DNA from: Eubacteriales bacterium
GTDB lineage: Bacteria; Bacillota; Clostridia; Oscillospirales; CAG-272
NCBI GenBank assembly: GCA_045597265.1
Contig: JAZODX010000077.1
Coordinates: 1 to 52,452, forward strand
Direction of reading: 5' to 3'
DNA length: 52,452 nt
In this document: piece after piece, positions 18,002 to 25,331 of the stretch
How the letters are laid out: each line of letters opens with the position of its first letter
How positions within the stretch are numbered: position 1 is the stretch's first letter
The notes under the pieces: generated by a model
What the model saw: only the letters and a program-made list of their open reading frames with translations
What the model was told of the DNA's origin: nothing
Databases searched by the model: none
Program-made: the position numbers and the translations under genes

Positions 18002-18046
18002 TTGCAAGAATCGACGTTATGTTGTATAATAGTTATGTTGTATAAT
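18002..18046 (+). promoter_or_regulatory. sigmaA promoter with tandemly duplicated -10 region
   Basis: TTGCAA-N17-TATAAT (18002-18030); GTTATGTTGTATAAT repeated at 18016-18030 and 18032-18046. Confidence 0.7.
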
Positions 18047-18050
18047 CACC

Positions 18051-18159
18051 GCAAAGGCAAGGTTCCTGTCTTTCGCTGCCCGCTTTCGCACGGGAGAGGT
18101 GCCCGGTGACGGGCTCTCCCACGGAGTACCGTGCGTGTGTCGGCCACCTTGCCTTTCGC
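18051..18159 (+). ncRNA. Putative structured 5' leader RNA (unassigned)
   Basis: AAAGGCAAGGT (18053-18063) pairs with ACCTTGCCTTT (18146-18156), enclosing GCACGG/CCGTGC, GGGAGAG/CTCTCCC and GCCCG-GTGA-CGGGC stems. I recognise no Rfam family. Confidence 0.35.
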
Positions 18160-18193
18160 TAAAACAGAATAAATACAGAACAGAGGAAGTTAT

Positions 18194-19408
18194 ATGTTAA
18201 AATACGAAGCGCTGTCTGCTGCGCTGACCGAGCGTATCGAGCAGGAGCGGCAGAACGCATCCTTTATCCGTCCCGGTACGGCTGATCACGACGCCATCCG
18301 CCGCCGCACCGTTTCGCGGGACGCCGCGTCGGTCTGGCGCCCCCCCTTCGTGCACGATATCGACAAAATTCTGCACTGTCCCTACTATAACCGCTATACC
18401 GACAAGACACAGGTCTTTTCGCTCATCAAAAACGACGACGTCACCCGCCGCAGTCTGCACGTTCAGCTGGTCTCCCGCATTGCGCGCACGATCGGTTCGG
18501 CACTGCATCTCAACCTCGATCTTATCGAGGCCATCGCGCTCGGGCACGACATCGGTCACGCGCCCTTCGCGCACACGGGCGAGATTTATCTTGACGAGCT
18601 TTTCCACCGCCACACGGGACTGCATTTCCGTCACAACGTCCACTCCGTCCGCGTGCTCGACCGTATCTATCCCTACAACGTCAGCCTCCAGACCCTCGAC
18701 GGCATCCTCTGCCATAACGGCGAGCTTGAGATGGATCAATTTCATCCCGTTCTCCTCACCGATTTTGCCGAATTCGACCGCATCATCGACCAATGCTATA
18801 CCGATCCCGATTATGCCCATCATCTCTGCCCCTCCACACTTGAGGGAAGCGTCGTGCGGCTGGCCGACATCATTGCCTATCTCGGCAAGGACCGTCAGGA
18901 CGCCGCGCGGGTCAAGGTGGTGGAGGAGAACGCCTTCGTCAACGAGGACATCGGCTCGATCAACGCCGAGATCATCAACAATCTCGTCGTCAATATCATC
19001 GAAAACAGCTACGGCAAGCCCTATATCAAGCTGGACAAGCGTCATTTCAAGGCGCTGAGCGCCTCCAAGCGGGACAATTATTCGATGATCTACGAGAGTG
19101 CCGCCACCCGCGCCAAGCTGGATATCACCGCGCGCCCCATGATGGGCGAGATCTACGGGCAGATGCTTGACGATCTGCGCGCACAACGGCGCACCTCGCC
19201 GATTTACCGCCATCACATCGACTGCGTCAATCAGTCCTATTACCGCCGCGAGGTGCCCTACGAGCGCGAGGATCCGCACCGCATCGTGGTTGATTATATT
19301 GCCGGCATGACCGACAACTATTTCATCGAGTTGCACCACTATCTCTTTCCCGAGAGCAGCTACAAGGTGGAATACAAGGGCTATTTCGACGACCGACGCT
19401 ATGAATAA
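18194..19408 (+). CDS. dgt: Deoxyguanosinetriphosphate triphosphohydrolase-like HD-domain protein
   Basis: DKTQVF, RSLH, LGHDIGHAPFAHTGE, EGSVVRLADIIAY and DYIAGMTD motifs of the dGTPase family. Confidence 0.85.
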   Translation: MLKYEALSAALTERIEQERQNASFIRPGTADHDAIRRRTVSRDAASVWRPPFVHDIDKILHCPYYNRYTDKTQVFSLIKNDDVTRRSLHVQLVSRIARTIGSALHLNLDLIEAIALGHDIGHAPFAHTGEIYLDELFHRHTGLHFRHNVHSVRVLDRIYPYNVSLQTLDGILCHNGELEMDQFHPVLLTDFAEFDRIIDQCYTDPDYAHHLCPSTLEGSVVRLADIIAYLGKDRQDAARVKVVEENAFVNEDIGSINAEIINNLVVNIIENSYGKPYIKLDKRHFKALSASKRDNYSMIYESAATRAKLDITARPMMGEIYGQMLDDLRAQRRTSPIYRHHIDCVNQSYYRREVPYEREDPHRIVVDYIAGMTDNYFIELHHYLFPESSYKVEYKGYFDDRRYE

Positions 19409-19426
19409 ATGTCAAAGGAGAAATTT

Positions 19427-20368
19427 ATGTTTGAACAAGTGATCCGCGCCATCCGTGACCACGATACGATTATCCTGCATCGCCATGCCAATCCCGACGG
19501 AGACGCCCTGGGCAGCCAGATCGGTCTTGCGCTGATTCTGCGCGAAAATTTCCCCGGGAAGAAAATTTATACCGTGGGTGACGGGGCCGGCCGATTTTCC
19601 TTTATGGAGGGATCGGTTATGGACGAGATCCCCGATGAAGCCTACGCAGGGGCGCTTGCCGTCATTCTCGACACCTCGGCTAAGGCCCTTATCAGCGACG
19701 GGCGCTATGCACTTGCGGCCCGCACCGTTCGCCTTGACCATCATATTTTCTGCGAGAAAATCGCCGATATTGAGGTGACCGACACCACCTATGAGAGCTG
19801 CTGCGGTCTGGTGGCCGACTTTGTCTGCGCCTGCGGACTTCGCCTGACGCCGGCCGCCGCAAAAGCGCTCTATACCGGCATGGTTACCGACTCGGGGCGC
19901 TTCCGCTACGATTCAACCTCGGCACGCACTCACCGCATCGCTGCCCGGCTGATGGAGCAGAATTTTGACGCCGCCTCAATTTACCGCGAGCTTTACGCCG
20001 ACGATCTTGCCCGCGTTATGCTCCGCGCTGCCTTTACCCTCAAGATCAAGCGCACCGAGGCCGGCGTGGGATACATCTACACCACCGACGAGGAGGCCCG
20101 GGCAAGCGGCGCCGATCTGTTCAGCATTTCCCGCGGCATGGTGAATACCATGTCGGATATCCGCGGTATCGAGATTTGGGTCAATTTCACCGAATCTCCG
20201 AGCGGCGTGCTCTGCGAGCTGCGCTCAAACCGCCACAACATCAATCCCATCGCGGTCAAATACGGCGGCGGCGGGCACGCAAAAGCCAGCGGTGCAACCC
20301 TGCCCGACCGCGAGACGGCTATGGCCATGCTCCGCGATCTTGACGCAATGCTTGGAGGTACGGTATGA
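19427..20368 (+). CDS. nrnA: DHH/DHHA1 phosphoesterase (NrnA-like oligoribonuclease / pAp phosphatase), copy 1
   Basis: H-x-NPDGDALGS, DHH, TDSGRF and GGGH motifs; RBS AAGGAG favours ATG 19427. Confidence 0.88.
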   Translation: MFEQVIRAIRDHDTIILHRHANPDGDALGSQIGLALILRENFPGKKIYTVGDGAGRFSFMEGSVMDEIPDEAYAGALAVILDTSAKALISDGRYALAARTVRLDHHIFCEKIADIEVTDTTYESCCGLVADFVCACGLRLTPAAAKALYTGMVTDSGRFRYDSTSARTHRIAARLMEQNFDAASIYRELYADDLARVMLRAAFTLKIKRTEAGVGYIYTTDEEARASGADLFSISRGMVNTMSDIRGIEIWVNFTESPSGVLCELRSNRHNINPIAVKYGGGGHAKASGATLPDRETAMAMLRDLDAMLGGTV

Positions 20369-21351
20369 TGAAGGAAAATATGCAGATCATTATGGAGAAA
20401 ATCCGTGCTTACCGCCGGATTATGCTCTTCCGCCATATCCGCTGTGACGGAGACGCCGTCGGCGCAACCAAGGGGCTGCGCGAAATTCTGCGCCTAACCT
20501 ATCCTGAGAAGGAGGTCTATCTCATCGACGAGGGACATTCCGATTACCTCGATTTTCTCGGCGGCGAGGATGCTCCCGTACCCGATGCGCTTTATACCGA
20601 CGCGCTTGCCATCGTGCTGGACACGGGCAGTGCAGACCGTATCTCGAATCCGAAATACACCCTTTGTCGCGAGATTGTAAAGATCGACCATCACCTTGAG
20701 CGCGATCCCTATGGGGATACGTCCTGGGTGGAGTCGGACCGATCCTCTACCTGCGAGATGGTGGTCAAGTTTTACGATACCTTCCGCGACGAGCTGAAGA
20801 TGAGTCCTATCGCCGCAACCTACCTCTACACCGGCATGGTCACCGACTCGGGTCGCTTCCGCTTCCGCTCGGTTTCGGGGGATACCCTGCGCTATGCGGC
20901 CATGCTGCTCGATCAGGGCATTGACACCGAAACCCTCTATGCACACCTCTATCTCGGCGAGGCGGACGAGTTGAAATTCAAGGCACAGGTCTACCGCAAT
21001 CTGAAAATCACCGAAAACGGGGTCGCATACTGTTATATCTCCCGCAAAACGATCGAAAAATACAACCTCTCTCTTGAGCAGGCGAGTAATGCCGTTTCCT
21101 ATCTCGATTCGATCAAGGGCAGCCTGATCTGGATTGCCTTCATCGAGACGGGGGACGAAAAGAAATCGATCCGTGTCCGTCTGCGCTCCCGCTTTACTAC
21201 CGTCAATACCATTGCCGAGCATTGGCGGGGCGGCGGGCACGCCTCGGCCAGCGGTGCGACCATTTACGGCCGCCGCGAGGTGAACGCTCTGCTCGCCGAG
21301 GCTGACGAGGCCATCCGTGCCTACAAATCCACACACGAGGACTGGTTATGA
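20365..21351 (+). CDS. nrnA: DHH/DHHA1 phosphoesterase (NrnA-like), copy 2
   Basis: HIRCDGDAVG, IDHH, TDSGRF and GGGH motifs; ATGA overlap with copy 1. Confidence 0.88.
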   Translation: MMKENMQIIMEKIRAYRRIMLFRHIRCDGDAVGATKGLREILRLTYPEKEVYLIDEGHSDYLDFLGGEDAPVPDALYTDALAIVLDTGSADRISNPKYTLCREIVKIDHHLERDPYGDTSWVESDRSSTCEMVVKFYDTFRDELKMSPIAATYLYTGMVTDSGRFRFRSVSGDTLRYAAMLLDQGIDTETLYAHLYLGEADELKFKAQVYRNLKITENGVAYCYISRKTIEKYNLSLEQASNAVSYLDSIKGSLIWIAFIETGDEKKSIRVRLRSRFTTVNTIAEHWRGGGHASASGATIYGRREVNALLAEADEAIRAYKSTHEDWL

Positions 21352-22070
21352 GAATTCTGATCACCAATGACGACGGCATCCGCGCCGAGGGGCTGCTCGC
21401 CCTTGCCCGCTGGGCCGCCGCGCGCGGCGAGGTCACCGTCTGTGCCCCCAACGTTGAGCAGAGCGGGAAAAGCCACGGTATCGAAATCATCCGCCCCTTT
21501 CGCGTAGAGGAGACGGAGCTTTGCCCGGGCATCGTGGGATATTCCATCGATTCCACCCCCGCCGACTGCGTGCGCTTCGGCATCCTCGCCCTTGACCGCA
21601 AATTCGATCTCGTCCTCTCGGGCATCAACCGCGGCTACAATATCGGCCGCGATATCGTCTATTCGGGCACGGTGGGGGCGATCTTCGAGGCCGGTATCCA
21701 CGGTCTTCCCGCGCTTGCCCTGTCCACCGAGCCGGGAGAGACCGATGCGGCCGTCGTACAGCTTGACGCCGTATACGACTATATCTGCCGGCACGATCTT
21801 TTTGCGTACAACCGGCTCTATAACGTCAACATTCCGCCCTGCGCGGCCGGATTCCGCATTACGCGACAGGGGAACGCCTATTATTCGGACCGGTTCGTCC
21901 ATCAGGGAGAGGGAATCTATCTCCAGACGGGGGAATTCATCTGTCCGAATACGGGTAACCTCGACCTTGACACCGACGCAGTAGCAGCCGGATACGTTTC
22001 CGTTACCCCCATGGCCTCCACCCGAACCGATCTCGGTGTCTGCAAAGCCCTTGCCCACCTGAACCGATAA
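21348..22070 (+). CDS. surE: 5'/3'-nucleotidase SurE
   Basis: ILITNDDG, APNVEQSGKSH, STPADCV and SGINRGYN...YSGTVGA motifs. Confidence 0.93.
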   Translation: MRILITNDDGIRAEGLLALARWAAARGEVTVCAPNVEQSGKSHGIEIIRPFRVEETELCPGIVGYSIDSTPADCVRFGILALDRKFDLVLSGINRGYNIGRDIVYSGTVGAIFEAGIHGLPALALSTEPGETDAAVVQLDAVYDYICRHDLFAYNRLYNVNIPPCAAGFRITRQGNAYYSDRFVHQGEGIYLQTGEFICPNTGNLDLDTDAVAAGYVSVTPMASTRTDLGVCKALAHLNR

Positions 22071-22098
22071 GTCGGAGACGGACGGTGGAGAAATACCG

Positions 22099-22133
22099 AA
22101 AAAAGGCAGCCGTATACTACGGCTGCCTTTTTT
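22099..22133 (+). terminator. Intrinsic terminator
   Basis: AAAAAAGGCAGCCGTA-TAC-TACGGCTGCCTTTTTT. Confidence 0.85.
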
Positions 22134-22315
22134 GCAGTGGAAATACCCCCCAATTTTATAGTAGAGGTGTGTGCGACGGAGAAGGGACACTGCAGAGAGA
22201 ACGATCCTCCGTATCAAGCAGGCGGATCAAATAAAAAGCATTCGGACGCCCGGTGCGGGCGGATATTTTGTTCGCAAAATAAACAAATTTTCGGGAAAAT
22301 AAAACTTTTTGCTGT

Positions 22316-22347
22316 TTTTTTCCGTCTTATATAATAGACGGAAAAAA
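22316..22347 (+). promoter_or_regulatory. -10 box enclosed by a 12-bp inverted repeat
   Basis: TTTTTTCCGTCT-TATATAAT-AGACGGAAAAAA immediately upstream of the RBS AAGGAG. Confidence 0.55.
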
Positions 22348-22358
22348 CAAAGGAGCAG

Positions 22359-22895
22359 ATGAAAATGGACGAACGATTTTACGAAGAGCTGAGCACCTAT
22401 ACGATTGAAGACCTGGAATTGGTGATCCGCGATCAGGGGGAGCTGTACAGCGAGGAAGAAATGCGGGTGATCAAGACCGTGCTGGAGGAAAAACGGCGTA
22501 TTCATCGGGAGGAGCATCGAAAAAAGGTGTTGGAGCGCCTTCCGAAAACCATACCGTGTCCCAAATGTGACGGTCCGAATTCTTTTGCTCAGGAAAAATG
22601 CGACTTTTGCGGTGCAAAACTGGATAAGGAAAAATATTACCGCGAAGCAGAACGGGAGCCGGTGGAGGAAGACGAAGAAGAGGAGGGGACGACGGAGCGC
22701 AAGGACGGCTATACCTTTCATTACGTCATTTCCTTTCTTATCCCGCTCTGCGGATTTATCATGGGTGCAATTATGCTTGCCAATGATGATGAAGAAAAAG
22801 CGGCCGCAGGAAAATGGTGCATTATCTGGGGCCTGATCAGTATGGTTGTAAGTGCCGTTCTGAGCGGAATCCTCATTGGCCTTGGCCTGTGGTGA
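22359..22895 (+). CDS. Zinc-ribbon membrane protein (hypothetical)
   Basis: CPKC...CDFCG, acidic linker, two C-terminal TM helices; RBS AAGGAG. Confidence 0.7.
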   Translation: MKMDERFYEELSTYTIEDLELVIRDQGELYSEEEMRVIKTVLEEKRRIHREEHRKKVLERLPKTIPCPKCDGPNSFAQEKCDFCGAKLDKEKYYREAEREPVEEDEEEEGTTERKDGYTFHYVISFLIPLCGFIMGAIMLANDDEEKAAAGKWCIIWGLISMVVSAVLSGILIGLGLW

Positions 22896-23000
22896 TTTTG
22901 CTTGTTTATTGACGAAGTACCAAGGGAAACGCCTTTTTGCCGTGCTTTTCCCTTTGCAAAAAACGTTTAAACAAACCAGAGAGTTGAAAGGAGATTTGTC

Positions 23001-23534
23001 ATGAAGTATTGCGCAAAATGCGGAACCGCTCTGCCGGATGACAGTGAATTCTGCACCAACTGCGGAACAGCAGCCGCATCGCCCACAGAGAGTGTCCCTC
23101 AAACGGAGCCGACTCCCCCTCTGCAGACCAAAAAGGTATCCCCCATTCCGATCATTGCTGCGGTTCTTGCCGTTCTTCTGCTGATCGGTGCAGCGTTTAT
23201 TATCCGCACGATCGTTGTCAACAACGCAAAAGAAGAGCTGCAGAGCACGCTGCTGAAGGATTGGTCAAGAATCGAATCGGGAGACAGCGGTTCTCTGTAC
23301 AGACTTGAGCTTGATTTTTCCTATGATACGATTGAATACATCTTTGACGGCAGCTTTTTCGTCAGGGAAATCTGTACGTACGATTATGAAATCCTCTCGG
23401 GGAAAACCATTCGTGTCAATGATTACGATACCGTTTATACCATCAAATTCAATGATGACCGGACGATGATGACGATCACGCCGGCACTGACCAGCAGTGA
23501 CGCCTCGGAGAATTGGTTCTGCCACGACGATTGA
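23001..23534 (+). CDS. Zinc-ribbon domain, single-pass membrane protein
   Basis: MKYCAKCGTALPDDSEFCTNCGT zinc ribbon, Pro-rich linker, TM helix, external domain. Confidence 0.75.
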   Translation: MKYCAKCGTALPDDSEFCTNCGTAAASPTESVPQTEPTPPLQTKKVSPIPIIAAVLAVLLLIGAAFIIRTIVVNNAKEELQSTLLKDWSRIESGDSGSLYRLELDFSYDTIEYIFDGSFFVREICTYDYEILSGKTIRVNDYDTVYTIKFNDDRTMMTITPALTSSDASENWFCHDD

Positions 23535-23546
23535 TGGGGTGCGGAT

Positions 23547-24386
23547 ATGTATTGCAGAAAATGCGGGAAATATCTTCCCGATGACAGCGATTTTTGTACC
23601 GCCTGCGGTACACGGGTGCTGACCCTGCCCGAAGCAGACGGTTCGGTTCCGCCGTCCGTGCAGACGCCGCAAGCAGAGGAGGGAGAGGCGGCCACACCGA
23701 CACCGCCTTCCTGTGAGACGGAAAAGAGCTCAGCGAAGGGGGGCGTTTCCCTGCCGACCGGGCTTCGGCTCGGCAGATTGACGGGCAAGCGGAAGCTTCT
23801 CATCCCGGGCGCGATTGCACTGCTTCTCCTCCTGACCGTGATCGGCGTCGCCTGCGGGCGGAGCGCGGCAAAAGCCTGTTTGTATTACGGCGGCTGTGCC
23901 AACGAGCGAGCGAACGGAAGTTCTTATTGCTATTGGCATTTGTGCGATTATCCCGGCTGTACCTCCGCCAAAAGCTACAGCGGGGATTACTGCTACAGCC
24001 ATAACTGTGCGGAGACCCTCTGTGATTCGGTGATTTACGAGGACAGCGAATATTGCTATTCTCATCAGAAATATTCACAGAGCAATCCCATTCCCTATTC
24101 CAAGGCCCGTACGATTGCGGAGGAAGCGGTTTCCGAGAACGTCGTGCTTCAACTTCAGTTCAAATCGTTCGGCGGATACGCACACAGCATCAAGTATCTC
24201 GACGTTGCCAGCCTGACCTCGGTTGACGCCAATCCGGGCGCACAGTATACGTTTCTGGCCAAAGGAACGTATTTCTCCTATGACGATTACGGCGATCTGA
24301 TTGACATTTACAAATATGAGGTGGAAATCGACGTTGCCGCCGACGGAACGGCAGAGGCAAACTACCCGAAAGTTTCAAAGAAATAG
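23547..24386 (+). CDS. Zinc-ribbon single-pass membrane protein with three Cys/His repeats
   Basis: MYCRKCGKYLPDDSDFCTACGT, TM helix, then three C-x4/5-C-x10-C-x2-H units. Confidence 0.75.
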   Translation: MYCRKCGKYLPDDSDFCTACGTRVLTLPEADGSVPPSVQTPQAEEGEAATPTPPSCETEKSSAKGGVSLPTGLRLGRLTGKRKLLIPGAIALLLLLTVIGVACGRSAAKACLYYGGCANERANGSSYCYWHLCDYPGCTSAKSYSGDYCYSHNCAETLCDSVIYEDSEYCYSHQKYSQSNPIPYSKARTIAEEAVSENVVLQLQFKSFGGYAHSIKYLDVASLTSVDANPGAQYTFLAKGTYFSYDDYGDLIDIYKYEVEIDVAADGTAEANYPKVSKK

Positions 24387-24466
24387 ACCCTTTCCCCGAA
24401 AAAGGCAAGGCACGGTCAACGCTTGATTGATGCTGCCGTTTCTGCCGCGAGAAATGGAGAAAAACA

Positions 24467-25123
24467 ATGAGAAAATTGACAGTTTGTTTGGTTTTGTTTG
24501 CCGTCTGCCTCTCGCTTATGGCCTGCGGCAATCAAAGAGTGGAAGATGTTGAGCGCAGAATTGCGGCCATCGGCACGGTAACCCTGGAGAGTGAACCGAA
24601 AATTGCGGCGGCAGAAGCTGCATACGGGGAGCTTTCCTCCCGGCAGAAGGAAAGGGTGGTCAATTATTATGATTTGATCAACGCCAGATCGCGTTATGAC
24701 GATTTGTATGCCGAGCATGTTGCCGAACAGCAGCGGCTTGCGCGTCTGCAGCCGATGCAGGAGTTTGCAGAAAAACTGTTTTTGGATTATGCCTCCTATT
24801 TTACCGATGCATTAACCATCGAAATGCTTGACGCATGGGTGTATTGCGAAGACGAGGTTTCAATTCCCTCCCTTTCCCGGTACTCATTCACTTTCTATTT
24901 CGAAATTGATACGAAATTGGGGCTGCGCAGGAAAGTATATTACGGGGCATCCTCCGTCGGCTTGAGCTTGGAGGGCAAGTACAGCACGGAGTTGAGATAT
25001 TATGGTGTTTTCGGATCGTCAAGCGACTATTGGCGTGAAGGAGAAATGACTGCCATGCAAAAGGGTGAGAAGCTGGATTCCGATGCAATTTGGAACTATT
25101 TCCTGCAAAATTACAACGGTTAA
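24467..25123 (+). CDS. Hypothetical lipoprotein
   Basis: Lipobox LSLMAC; IAAIGTVTLES...AEAAYGELS...VVNY..L helical repeat; RBS GGAG. Confidence 0.7.
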   Translation: MRKLTVCLVLFAVCLSLMACGNQRVEDVERRIAAIGTVTLESEPKIAAAEAAYGELSSRQKERVVNYYDLINARSRYDDLYAEHVAEQQRLARLQPMQEFAEKLFLDYASYFTDALTIEMLDAWVYCEDEVSIPSLSRYSFTFYFEIDTKLGLRRKVYYGASSVGLSLEGKYSTELRYYGVFGSSSDYWREGEMTAMQKGEKLDSDAIWNYFLQNYNG

Positions 25124-25206
25124 AGCAAATCCGTCGGATTTTGGCCGCAGAATAATACCCGATTCCGCATCGCTGCGGAGCGCGACAGGCCGAAAGCTTG
25201 CGCCCA

Positions 25207-25242
25207 AAAAGAAAAAACCGCGTTTTCGCGGTTTTTTCTTTT
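25207..25242. terminator. Bidirectional intrinsic terminator
   Basis: AAAAGAAAAAACCGCG-TTTT-CGCGGTTTTTTCTTTT. Confidence 0.8.
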
Positions 25243-25331
25243 CCCAATTCCCTTATGTTTTCCCGGGCGAAAATCATTTGCCGAATCGGGCGGTTTCCTT
25301 TGGGGCGTATGCCGTTGTTTTTTTCGTCAAT

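Noticed and set aside
18051-18075. c-di-GMP-I or ykkC riboswitch (AAAGGCAA / AGGTTCC resemblance)
   Set aside because: The downstream conserved elements (GAAA tetraloop and GCAAAGC for c-di-GMP-I; AAAAGCCCRGGAG-type 3' tail for ykkC) are missing; kept only as an unassigned structured leader.
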